From NCBI GenBank assembly GCA_024679065.1, contig JAGIQG010000020.1, positions 35,898,001 to 35,962,000 on the forward strand: a stretch of 64,000 nucleotides of DNA, read 5' to 3'. The notes beneath the pieces are model-generated. The model saw nothing but the letters and a program-made list of their open reading frames with translations. It ran no database searches and was not told the DNA's origin. Source of the DNA: Sphyrna mokarran. Taxonomy: Eukaryota. The position numbers were made by a program, and so were the translations under genes. This document shows positions 12,483-25,400 of the stretch, one piece after another (the first letter of the stretch is position 1; the number at the start of each line of letters is the position of its first letter).

Positions 12483-14039
12483 AACTTTTACTGATCCCAA
12501 ATAACCTGGCTTATTTCATTATTTTAGAAATTAGTTGTAAACCAACAGCAGGCTGGATGCACTTTACAGGTTAAGCATTATTTTGTTTCCTTTGGGGGTA
12601 GATTTGGAATTTGAAATGGTTAGAGCATCTATTCAAACAATAGAGAGAAAAGAGTCACTTTGTTAGCACAATTGTCAGTCAGTACCCACCATAAAAGATT
12701 TTGGCTGTGAAAGGAAAGCAATCTCAAATCCTAATTCTAATATCACCCCATAAGCAATTTATTCAGACTTTACATATTATAGTTTTATATCAGCTAATAA
12801 AACTGAAATGCTTAATACCTCACTTTAGTCAAATACATTTACTCAGTGAAGCAGCTGAGCCAGTTTACTAAGAATTCTGTTATCTGTAATCGTGTACAGA
12901 TTGCAATCAACTAAATTTAGGCCATACCTCTGCACTTGATGGCTATAGTTATAACCATGTTCAAGCATTTTCTTTGCTTTAATCTAAGATTTTGTATAAT
13001 CCCAAAAATCATTTTCAAAACAGAAAAGTAAATTTGTCTCATTCTCAACAAGGCTGTTAAAGATGGCACATAATATAATAGCTCATTTCTTTGAAAATCT
13101 AACTGGAATGGCAATCCCCATGATCATACAGTTACTTGTTGACCCATACACTAGGTTGAATTTAATAAAGCCAACATGGCCTTTGTTGTTGGAAAGTTGG
13201 GCTTTCCAACTGGAAAACTGGTGTGAGCCCTGCATTCTTCTTTGAGAAGGCTTGCAATCAGGCATATGATTGGACAATGGCAGGCCATCACAAAGATAAG
13301 GGGCAGAAATCCTACCTGCTGAGAGCTGCCAGCCTAACGGTAGTAGTATTAACTGGTCCTAATTATTTCTCCGAAACAAATCTTACTGCAAAAAAAAAAA
13401 GTTGAGGAAAATTCTCCAGCTCCCATGGCATTTTTTTTCCTGTGGCAGAGGTGGTTTGCTAGTAGCCGCTAGTGGGATCTTCCAGTCCTACTGAAGTACC
13501 CCAGTTCTAAACATCCATCCAAGGCCAAAGATCTCACTGGATCCCAGAACACAAGTTAATGGTAGCAACAGAGGGAAAAATAGGAAATAGGGTGGGTAGC
13601 AAGATCATGGAGGGGATTTTCAGCCACCCCTTCTTGCTAATGTTCAGTCCCATCAGGCACTAAGTATCTTGGAAAGAGCAACCCCTCTTGAGAGCTCATG
13701 TGCAAACATGTCAGGGTTTACTTCATGTTTTCTAGAGTTAATACTCCTGCAGAAGTGGGAATTATTTAGCCAAACACAGGGATGTAAGTAAATATGGAAG
13801 TTAAGAAAGCAAAATGATAGGATTTTTTTTTGTCCTAAAATACTTTACCAATAGATTCAAACAAAGAATAACTAAGGAAAGAACAACATTTCAGAGATCT
13901 ATGTGGTAGATCTCTGAAATGGGTTGATCCAGAAGACATGGTTAGGAGTCTCATTGAAGACACAGCTCATTAATGAGGTATAATTCTGAGATTCTAGTTA
14001 AGAGGAGTGTGAAATATTTGATTCAATAAACAAAGCAAG

Positions 14040-14480
14040 AAAACAAATGAGAATACAAAAGCTTAGCAGGTCTGCCAGTAGAAGTTACACAGAAGTCTAA
14101 CACAAGCTGGAGGAGCAGCATCTTCTGGCTGGACATGTTGCAGCCTGGAGTTCAATGTTGAGGTCAACAACTTTAGATGTTGATTTTTCACCTTCAATTT
14201 AAATGCCTCTTAAAAAAATAGCCTTTGTATATTTTTTTGCCTCAATGCAAACAAATTCTCCTTTCACACCAGGCCACCTGTATTTTGTTCTTAAAATTGT
14301 TACTTTTGCTGCTATTTCAACAGCTCTAAACACTTTTCTCCCTCCCCACAGTTCTTACAAAGAGTTAAAGCACTTGTAACATTATTTCTCTTCTAATACA
14401 TGCTGGAAAACCTAAGTTTTTTCCAGGGTCCTCTGTTCTGGTTACAGATTCCAGCATCCACAGTATTTTGCTTATTTCAG
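14040..14480. mobile_element. Penelope-like terminal fragment (second family)
   Basis: CTTAGCAGGTCTGCCAG at the start and AGATTCCAGCATCCACAGTATTTTGC at the end; similar motifs recur at ~50140-50250 and ~58970. Confidence 0.5.
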
Positions 14481-14929
14481 GTGAAAAGAGTGATACTGAA
14501 AGAGCTAGCATTCTTGAAGATGGATAACCCTCTAGGGTGAGATTGATTGTATCCCTGGCTATTGAGATGCAGAGGATAATTTTACAATCCTCACTAGTGT
14601 TTCCAGATCCTCACAGGTGGGGTTCCAGATGACATTAGGGTTGTGCAATGTTTCAGGTTTGTTAGTTTTTTTTACTAGTTTGAATCCTTAAATTTAAAAA
14701 TTGGGGAGGGGGTATAATTTCAGTACCCTATACTTTTTAAAAAAAAATTAAATAGAGCCACACCAAGATGAGGAGTGCGTGGTTTCGTATGGAGATAGAT
14801 GAAATGGCCACATGTGCTGTGAATGAGAAAAGTCCCAGGTTAGAAACATTGTCCCAAAATGCAACCAATGGACTCCTTGTTTATTTCCTGAGAAAGTACT
14901 TTTTGATTTCTCATGTATTAGTAAATAGC

Positions 14930-15835
14930 AAAAGGTTGTTTGTGTGCATTACAGACAAAACATACCATTCATAGGAAAGGAAACAAGAGTGCAGAATGTA
15001 ATGTTACAGTCATAGATAGGATGTAGAGGAAGATCAATTTAGTGTGAAGTAGGTCCATTCAAAAATCTGATGATAGCAGGGAAGAAGCTGTCCTTGAGTC
15101 AGTTGGTACGTGATGTTAGACTTTCATTTTTTTCCTACGGAAGAGGGTGGAAGACCATACGTCCAAGGGATCCTTGATTATGTTGGCTGCTTTTCCGAGG
15201 CAGCAGAAAGCATAGATAGAGTCAGTGAATGGGAGGCTGGTTTTTGTGATGAATTGGGCCACATTTGTGACCTTTTACAGTTTCTTGCAATCCTGAGCAA
15301 AGCAGATTGAAAGCTGCAACACAACCAGGAAAAATGCTTTGTGGTGCATCTGTAGAAGTTAGAGAGCTGAAGGGATATGCCCAATTTCCTTAGTCTTAAG
15401 TAGAGATGTTGATGGGCTTACTTAACTATTGTGTTGGCATGGGGGAAGGAACCAGGACAGATGCTAAAAACTTGAAGCCCTTGACCATTTCTACTTTGTC
15501 CCCACAGATGTCGACAGGGGAATGTTCTCCATTATGGTTCCTGAAGTTGATGACTATCTCCTTTGTTCTGGTGACACTGAAGGAGAGTTTATTGTTGTTA
15601 CACCAATTTCTCTCTCATTCCTGTACTCGGTCTCATTATTTAAGATGGTGGATCCACTATGGTGGTATCAGAAAACTTGAAAATCAAGCTGGAGGGGAAT
15701 TTGGCTGCATGTTCATAGATGCATAAGGAATATACTGAGGGGCTGAGAACATAACTGTGGGAGTATCATGTTGCTGATAATTGAGGAGATATTGTTACCT
15801 ATCCTTACTGATTGTGGTCTGTGGGTTCAGAAGTG
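14930..15835 (-). mobile_element. Decayed Rex1/Babar-type LINE fragment
   Basis: ORF 15178-15384 contains SNFYRCTT, resembling the TNFYRCTIESIL (DUF1891) motif. A FSDTT remnant (FADDT) lies near 15665. Confidence 0.7.
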
Positions 15836-18800
15836 TGTAGTAGTATGATAATTCTCAAACAAAACAAATTAAGTGGAGTAAGTTAATGATACGGTTCAAA
15901 GATTCACAATGTGGTCAATGAAATAGTGACTAACTTTACACGTATCTGTGTGTCAAAGTTCCTGATGGCTGGAATTGAGAAAAATTCAAAGTTTCCAGCT
16001 ACTGTGAAAATACCAAAGTTGCAGATTTTTTTTGCATATTTGTGTACATAATAGCCTAGACCATTTCTAGATATTGTAGGCAGGACTTAAATTTGCCAGC
16101 CTGCAACAAAGGGAGCTATTATGCACATGTGCAATAGCAGAGGCCTGACAGATGAGAGAGATCCCTGTTAGCCCCACCTGCAATTGCAGGCCCTTGACGA
16201 ATAAGCCCCACACCACCTGAAATTGTGACCTCTGCTACCCAGACAGATTGCCCTAAGCTCCTCCTCAGTCAGAACTGCAGAGTGGCAACAATGCCCCCTC
16301 CCTCACCCACTGCTGAGTGCTTCAGAGTGGCAGATGTCTGCCCAGGTCCCACCTGGTGTGTAGTACCAGGGTACCAACTGGCACTGCCTAAGGGGTGTTT
16401 GCTGAGGCTCTGAATAGCCTCCAATTCTACTGGAAGGCCAACTGGGCAGTTCCCATTCATGAGGAGAGAACCTCTTCCTGTGGGGCAAGAGAGCCCAAAT
16501 GATTGAGCACTGGGCTCACTAAACACGTGAATAAACTTTTCACTAATGTATTCAGAAATAATGTATTTCTATAATGCTAGAAATGGGCTAGAAGGGACTG
16601 TGTCTGAAATCCAGCTCTGGCAAGATCATGAGCTGAGAAATCAGATGGAATCCTAGGGGCTTGCTCTGTCCATTGATGAGCAGAGCAAACCAGTAAAATT
16701 CCACCTGATAACCTGAAGCAAAATGAACAGTATATAGCTATGGGTTGGCACATACATGATTAACTCTTTAGTATAATACCTTTCTAGTAGGTCCCACAAT
16801 CACAAAACTTTGCTAAAGTTACAGGTGCTATTATTTTTGGATGTCTTGCCTGGTACTGTCTTAACATTAGTGAACCATGCAGGAGAGCAACTGAAGAACT
16901 GATCTTGTTTGGCTGTCTGGAAGAATTTAGACAAAGGTATGATTGTTTGTGGCAATGAGAAGCATGCCTTGTCTCAGTATTACTGTTTGTTGAGTTTAGC
17001 AAAAAGGCGACAGGTGATCTAGGATAAGTTCAGAACTCATTTATGCCTAAGAACTTAGTTGTATGGATGAGGATATGCACTCATGGTAGGACTTGCTGAC
17101 TGATTATTTTAGTGCACTAATAATTTTCACTAACATTTCAAGTTAAAACTTGGATTTTTTTTAATGACTATTCATTTACAGCTACCATTTTAATAAGCAG
17201 CAACAAATCTGAATTTCTTTTTGGACAAGTGAAAATGGAACGTTTTTATTCAAATTAAAATTTGAATAAACAGATATGTCAAAACAGAGCTGGTTTCTTT
17301 CATTGTGACCAATAAACTCAAACCTGATGTAAATTTACATCATATAGGCAAAAACATGGATTATAAATTCAATAGTATTCAACTATAGTGTTCGTAATAT
17401 ACATGGAAAAGTCAATCACAAAACAACATTTACAAACCACCTAAAATTAGCACTGATGTCTGTGGGATGGCATGGTGGTGCAGGGGCTGATGTTGCTGCC
17501 TCAACTCCAGGGACCAAATTCAGTTTTGGCCTTGAGCCCACTGACCTTGGAGGCAAAAAGGTGGTCACAAGGCAGCTCAGTATTGAGGCAAACTGGCAAG
17601 AAAATCCACTTTTGTTCTCTGGGACTTGGTTCCAGTTGCTTCACAAGCAATTAGGCCCTCCAACCCATAGCTCTCCAGTGCCTTATACCACCTCCCAAAC
17701 CAACTTATGCCTGGTCCAGGACTGAAGCCAGAGGTACTGCTTTCCTACCTTGATTTTTTTTGACCTGAGAGGATTCCTTGCCTGGGCTGTTTTTTGCTTC
17801 TTCCCAAACAGTGGGAAGTTATTCTATCAGCAATCTGCTGACAGCTGAAAGTGGCCTTTATGTAAATTGGGTATCCATTTCACCAGGGAAGGTAGCATAT
17901 CCACTTCCAAGAGGCAAGATAACACTGGCAATCAATCTAAACCAGCCCTCCACAATGTTAAATCAACACCCCCCCCCCCCCCCAAAAAATCACAGCTTCC
18001 TGTTTCCTAAGGCCATTAAACACCCAGTCACAGAATTAGGAAGGAAAATTGGACAAGGACCATAAAATTGGCACAGGGATCACCAAATGTAATGGACATG
18101 AACTTTATGCTGCCTTGTCAACTGAAGAACAGCAGTATTGAATAGTATTCAGCAAGACACCTGAGCTCACACAAGGCTACCATCACCTGGCCATGCTGCT
18201 TGTTAAACTTAGACTCCATTTCTATGAGGTGTATTTTGATTGCAGCAGCATTGTTCCAGGCTCTAATACAACACTGCAAAACAGTTTGAGATGGTCAGGA
18301 GAAGAGATCCTCCAGCCAAGGACACCAGACATACAAGGAGCCAGCAGGAGCAGATAGCCATCAGTCAATGCCAGCAGTGTTGCCCCAAGGACCAAGCTGC
18401 AGCACTGCAAAAAATTTCAACCTCATACAAATGATCAAGGTCACTGAATTCATCTGCCATAGATGGCTTCAACAGGTCAGTATACAGAAAAGGGCTGATC
18501 CAAAAATGAAATGTGTGATGGCTCTGGCAGGTCTGCTAGAGAGTTTGACATCACCAACTTGGCATCTCTTTCCAGTGAGAAAATGGATGAAGATCTTTTA
18601 AAAGCTGAAGATTAAGAGCTTACCTGTTGATTCAAAATCTCAAATTGCTGAACAGTTACTAGTGCTCACCTGGGAGTACACAGCCCAACTTAAGGGGAGC
18701 TGCATTCAGGTCTTTTTGTATTTGATAACCCAGGTTTGCTAGCAGAGACAGAATATCCACTAAAGCACTCCTTTTAACTCAACAGCAGTCTTGAAACCAA

Positions 18801-21131
18801 CCAGAATTACAGATCCTGAATAAACATCCTTTGAAGATCTTGCCATGAAGTGATGTCATGTGACTTGAGCTGCATAATTCAGTCTGTTTGATTAGAAAAC
18901 TAGGCTACACTAAAGAACTCTGATCCAGGTTGGACAAATGGACTCACGTACCCTGCTTCTGTTTGAAGTTCTGTCCATTGCCGAAGACTGATTCATACTA
19001 GTGATTTATCCAGCTTCTGTTTTGATTTTACCAATCCCCTTGATACTAAACTTTGGAAAGTACATGCAACAATATTTCTTTGTTCTGTAGATCCTCTGTC
19101 TGCAAAGGAGAGGTTGCAAAACTTTTTTTTACATTTTGCAGGTATGCAAACAAACTAACCCTTTGATTTCACCCTATTGAATTTGCAATGGGGTTATTCA
19201 TAGAAATGATTGCATCAAAAGGGCCTGGAAAATACACTTGTTTATAAGAGGGAAAAAAATCAAAGCACTCTTGTTTATGAACAGATGAGAAGCAATTAGT
19301 GCTGCTCAAAATTAAATTTGTCCATAACAATGCTCAACTCCATGAGAATTCTTGCACACCCAAACACGTGGCTAATGGCTGACATCTCAATTCCCAATGC
19401 AACACAAGCAGTAGTCACAATTGCTCAAATGCTGCTGTGGAAGCACAGACTAAGTCAGCTCATTACACAATTGCCGACTGCTGCCATCATAACTGCAGGT
19501 ATCAGTGATCAAAAGAGGTTAGCAGGGTCTCACTGAAGTCAGCAATGTTCCTAGAGTGGATTTCCAAGGTGCTGGGGAGTGACAGTGGCTCCCTTGAACA
19601 CAAACCTGCTGTGCTCTCTCATGACAATCTTCCTCCTCCTGTCACTTCACCAATGCTCCTGTTGCCTGTCAGCAACCAATCCAAGTTATCATCTATGCAG
19701 GTGATATAGTCCGAAACTGAACCTTCAGACCAAAGCCACTCAAGGTTGTCCTGTAGGGCCATCAGCATCTTTTCACCAACCACGTGACACAATCACTCAA
19801 ACAGGGTTGCACAAGAGCACTTGATCAGGCAAAGGTTAAAAAAGGGAATGAAAGTTAAGTGCTAAAAATTAATTGGATGTTTTTTTTTAAAAAAGTTGTT
19901 TTGAAATTGTTAGAGTCCAAAATGATGCCTAATCCTAACTGAACAAAATTATAGAATAACTTTTTTGCACAAATAACATACAAAACAGCTGGCAAATTGA
20001 AACTGGATAATTTATATTCCTGTAATTTATACAGGAATGATTTGATTTTCAATCTGCACTGAATTAGTCAATGTGACCACAGCACTTGAGCTTAGTATGG
20101 AAGAAGGTATTCCATTGCAATTAAATCACTCACCAGTGACTTGTACTGATATCTATTTCAATAGGAGTCAAGGACAAAACAGATGCAAGTTCTCACTTTA
20201 AGTTGCCCCATTTTAAGTCATTTTGATTTCATATGTCTGTTTTAAATGGAGCCAGTACTTATGGTTTTGCAAAAACTCATGCTTGTGCTATGTGTGACAG
20301 AATCCTGTGAACAACCAGCTCTATTTGAGAAGCCTTTCCCATTCCCCACTATGCAACAAGGATTCAAGGAAAAGCAGCAGCAAGTGGAAGGAACAACCAG
20401 TGGGAGGGTTGACAAGTAGGAAGTGGTTCAGCATAATGAGCATAATCAGTAGCAGGAAAAGGCAGTGAATAAGAAGAAAAAAGCAGGAGTAAAAAAATTG
20501 TTTATGAATGCTGTAATTTGGCAATGCAGAGTACAGTGTTGTTTTTCCTGAAAGAAAAGAGTCCTATAGAACTGAACAAAAGAGTTTTTACATTTAAAGG
20601 GAAAATCTGATTCACTGAATGGGTTTTATTTAAAGCTGCATTTTTCAGGAACACATCTTTCCTAGTAGACTAGCTGCCAAAATATATCAAAATTCATGCA
20701 TGAAGATTTGTCATTTTGATAAGGCACTGGAGGATGGCTAACACCAATAAAATTGTATCACAGGAACTAAGGTCTAAAAAGGAAATAGGTAGAAAAAATT
20801 CAATCCAAAAAAGTCATATCCACCCAGTTTCAATCTTAAATCAGATGCACACCATTCGATTGTATGTTGGGAGTGCATTACAATACCAGGGACTCATTGA
20901 ATGGATAGAGCAGGTTTTTTTTTAAATCTTGTACATTTCCAGGGAGAAGAAAACACTTCATTTGTATGATGGTGCATGCTGAAACACCAGAAATTAAAAG
21001 GCTGTGTAATGCAAATTCAACTCACCACACTATGATGGGAAATGGCTAGCAACAGAGCGATATAAGAGCCAACATTCTCAGATGCAGAAGAACCGAATGG
21101 TGTCAGAACCATCAAAATCAGAATTTAAATT

Positions 21132-21404
21132 GGGACAGCACAGGAGTTAGTACTACTGCCTCAGCACCAGGGATGAGATTAATTCTAGCCTCAAATGGCT
21201 GTGTGGAGATTGTATGTTCCAGTGGTTTGTGCAGGTTTTTGCTGGTTGTTCCAGTTTCCTCCCACAGTCCCAAGGTGCATAGGTTAGGTGGATTAGCTGT
21301 GGCAAATGCATAGAGTTACAGGGATGGGGTGAGGGGAAGCTCTTTTGGAAAGCTGGAGTTTGATGGGCTAAATGGCCTTCTTCTGGAACGTAAGAATTCT
21401 ATGA
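21132..21404 (+). mobile_element. HE1-like V-SINE, diverged
   Basis: GGGACAGCAC head; CCAGTTTCCTCCCACAGTCC and GGTTAGGTGGATTAGC. Confidence 0.8.
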
Positions 21405-21619
21405 AAAAAAAAGGGAGTTTTTTTTAAGAGGAAAGCAGTAAAGAAGGGAGGATTAAAAAAACAATGACTCTTCTTTGGAACTGTAGAGTCTATCAACTTG
21501 AAACATTGATTCTCTGAATACTGCCAGACAGGCTTGGTTTTTTCCAGCATTGTTTTGTTTCAGATTTCCAGCAACTGCACTAGTTTGCTTCAGGAGAAAA
21601 ATATTGCCATCTTTATAAA

Positions 21620-21970
21620 AAGTAAACAAAAGTGCAGTGATAGAGTATGATTTATTCCAAAACATTCAAAAACACTTCACTATGCATTATTTTCAAGTGT
21701 GTAAGGAAATGGTCTAGTTACTAGCTCCATGAGATAAATAGTAATCAAATCTATTTTTGTTGTGATGAAGAAAGGAATGTTGGTCAGAATTCCAATCTTT
21801 GAACATCTAAATTTTAATAAACACAAACTGCCCTTGGTTTATTGCAGCTCATCTAAAGCAATGCATTTATGTCATCCATTCATTTGAGCGTCAGCATTGA
21901 TTACACACGCATAGAGTTTGAACTGAACTTGGCCTTCCAACAAAAAGGAGACCAACTGAGCCAAGCTGAC
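21620..21970 (-). mobile_element. Old Deu-domain SINE remnant
   Basis: CCTTGGTTTATTGCAGCTCATCTAAAG and ACCAACTGAGCCAAGCTGAC resemble the reverse of a Deu-SINE; weaker than the 49815 copy. Confidence 0.5.
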
Positions 21971-22359
21971 AAATACTGAGAATTTGATAATGGTAATGGA
22001 ATTCTACATTTGGCAGTAGAGATTCTTTCAACAAGATAGGATGTTATTTTGGTGTAGTTCAAAGCAGCACAGGATCTCACTATCACCATACTTTTGTGAA
22101 TGCAATCTAGATTGCTGCATTGGATCGTGAGCCTTTTATTCAATAATAAAAGAAAGGCCACATTTATTTGGCCAGAAGCAATGACTTGCTCCAGAATCAC
22201 TAAACAACTCATCCCACCCCTCCCTTCAATTCCTATTGACTCCAGTTTCATTAGACAACTTGATACCACATCTCAATCAAATGCAACCTTAGTATCAAGG
22301 GCTGTCACTCACTTCAATCCTGGAGTTTAGATCTTCCTAATCCAAGTTTCTCAATTTCC

Positions 22360-22452
22360 TTCTTGGGATTGAGCATCGCTGTCAAAGCCAGCACTTATTA
22401 CTCATCCCCAATTATTTTTGAAGGGACTTGTCAGCCACCTCTCAGACTGCTA
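22360..22452. mobile_element. Old LINE fragment, left half of the R2 target (continues at 25865)
   Basis: 22360-22452 joined to 25865-25955 aligns collinearly with the uninterrupted related copy at ~50302-50428. Confidence 0.7.
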
Positions 22453-25400
22453 TTTTAAATACACTCAGACGAGTGCCTAGTTCGAGTCTTTACGTCGCTC
22501 GTCGACGTTTTTGCCAACCTCTAGCGAAACCCCAGTCAGGGGGGCTCACTTGATCTTGATTGAGGTACGTGTGTTGGAGTCACCTCTAAGATGTTACTAG
22601 CTAGAGAACGTGAGTTGGGGTCACAGCTAAGGTGTTATAGCTAGGTCGTGTTGTCATCCCAGGTGTGTATGGGCTTACTGGTGAGCCAATTTTGTCGGTC
22701 CTTGGTACTCGGGTCTCTGTACCCGCGTGCATGGGGTGTCAATTTAGAGGGAATCATGCCGAATTAAGGGGGTTCATTTCATTGACACTTTAGTTTCGCC
22801 AATCAGCCTGTTATAGCACGTTTTTGGCCATGTGGGAGGAAACCGGAGTGCCCGGGGAAACCCCACGCAAGCACAGGGAGAATGTGCAAACTCCCGCAGA
22901 CATTGACCTTGGCCGGTAATCCGCCCTTGATCTCCGTAACTGCCCAGCCGACAGTGCTAGTCACCGGGCTGACGTGCTGCCCACAGTCAGTCCATGTCAG
23001 CTCACACTACCGGCAGTGAAGTTCTGGATCACTCTCAGATCTCCACCCAAGAACCATCCATGCACCACCCGCCGAGTGCATGCCCCTTGTCATAGACAAG
23101 GTGGACTGTGACACCTGTAGGTGTAATAGGTGTTAGTATACATATTTACACATCACACGCTGTACAGTATATACAAACACACAGTCCGACAAACACCAAA
23201 GAGTCCTCCATATTGACATATGGGCTCTGCAGAGGGCAGTTTGCCATGATGTCTGACAAGTGGCCAGCTTGTCCTCCGGTTGTGATCGCCTCTCACCTGT
23301 CGTTGAAGATCCCCAATATCTCCAACGGGAGTGACAAGGTGAGCCTTGAAATTTGTTGGGCGAATGAACGGAATCTCTTTATTCCCAGGAAGGCCATGAG
23401 GCTGTTATTCTTTTCCAACCATTTGCCCCTGGCGCCGACAACAAATCCAAAGTATTTGGGGTTCGGGCATCCCGTCAATTCCTCAATTTCTGGTCCCAGA
23501 TGTTGGTACTTCTGGCACTTCTCCTGCCACGCCTTCTCCAGACTGTCATAGTTGTCTTCAAACCGGACTGTCACATCCACCACCGCTACCTGCTGATCTT
23601 TTTCCCTCTTGAAGACGATGTCCGGCTTCCAGAGGCTGCCGTCCTTGGCAATGAGCCTTGGCTCCAGGTATGATGTCCAGCCGTATTTTCCAACATACTT
23701 ATGAAGTTGGTCCAGGATCTTATTATGGCGTTTGATCCGGCAGTTTTTCACGAATGGGCAAAAGCCTGAAATGTGACCGAGTGTTTCAAGACCTGTCCCG
23801 CACCTTCGACAGGTCTTTGTGGCAGAGGGGTTCCCTCTTGACAGGGTCACCCTCGTCGGGTATAGGTTGCACCGGAGTAGCATGTTATATACCAGGCGAT
23901 GGGACTTCAGCTGGTATGCAGCCTTCATCCAACTGTTTGAAATTCTGTCATCGTGGTAGTAGTGAACTCCCACTCCTTGTGATGTGAGCTGTCTCCACTT
24001 GTGGAATTCCCATTCCCTCCACCCAGCATATCTATTCAGTGGTTTGCTGGGTCCTGTCTCCTCGGCCGCCAGTATCGGCAGTGCGGCTCTGATCATGGCT
24101 GTTTCGTCATTGCCACCGAATTCCCTTGTAGGCATGAAGTCTTCGATGTCCCTCAGAGCCTTGAGGGATCTCAGATCTTCGATGTTTCTGCCAACGTCCT
24201 GTTCACAGAACTGGAATGAGGCGCGAATGACTTGATCTGTGGAGGCAGACAGTGCTTCCCATTTTCGGATCACCGCAGATGGTATCTGGATCTCGAGCTT
24301 AGGAATGCCCAGACCTCCATTTCGCGCCCGCGAATAGAGGATTCCATCTGTAGTATGAGGTGGAAGGTGCAGGAACTGCTTGACAGCATGGCGTATTAAT
24401 TGGTCCAGTTTTACCAGCGTGTTCTGTGACGCTTCAGTTAGGATCAGGTGATAGTACAGCCTTGGTATGACATGGACAGTTAGCAGCTCGACGCGTTGCC
24501 TTGGGCGAAGAGCTGCTGCTTGTAGACTGGAGATCCAAGTCTTCAGCCTGTCTTCCCATGCTCCTTCTTCCACACCAGCCCACGGGTCTATCCGGGCTCC
24601 CAGGTATTTCTCTGTCTCACCTGGTGGGATGTATGCAATCTCTTCCTTCTGAATCCTCCAGTTTTTGCATTGATAAATAAAGGTCTTCCTCTTACAGGTG
24701 AAGTGGAATCCTTTGGTCTTGTTGATGTTGACAGTAAGACCAGTCATTTCGCAAAAAGTCTGAAGAACCTTCAGGTTCCGTACCATCCCGGTGTGCGAGT
24801 CACTGAGTAGGGCAATGTCATCAGCGAACGCAAGGGCGGAGCAGTTGATTCTCACTCCATCTAGCATCATACTGACACCAGACTTAGCCGCTTCCAGACT
24901 GCACAGCAGCGGATCCAAAGCAATATTGAATAGTACCGGTGAGAGCGGGTCTCCCTGCTTGACACCCCTCTCGATTGTTATTGGGGTGGTTTTCGACTTG
25001 TCGCCCTCCACCACCGTTGTGTTGCCAGTGTAGAGATTCTGAATGAGCTCCACAAAGGCGTCTGGTAGTTTGACCCTCTGTAATGCTTTAATGAGTAGTT
25101 TGTGACCAACTGAGTCGAACGCTTTCGCCAAATCAACAAAGACGACTGCGAGGTCCTTGTGGTTTTTCTTAGCTCCCCTCATTATATTTTGCAACACTGC
25201 AATGTTCTCATTGCACCCGGGAGTAGCTGCCAAAAACCCTTTCTGCCTTGGGTTTATGTCGACTGTCTCACTCAGTCGTTTCGCCATGATCTTTGTAAAT
25301 AGGCGCGGCAGCATTGGACCGATGGTAATTGGTCGCCAGTTGTCAATGTTTTTAAGGCGTTCCCTGTCCTCGCATTTTGGGATCAGGACCGTTCGACTCT

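Noticed and set aside
22380-22452. 28S rDNA fragment flanking the R2 element
   Set aside because: Beyond TAGC there is no resemblance to the 28S target context; the flanks match a LINE-derived repeat.
22567-22650. CRISPR-like repeat array
   Set aside because: Only two diverged adjacent units, no spacers, no cas genes, and a eukaryotic context.
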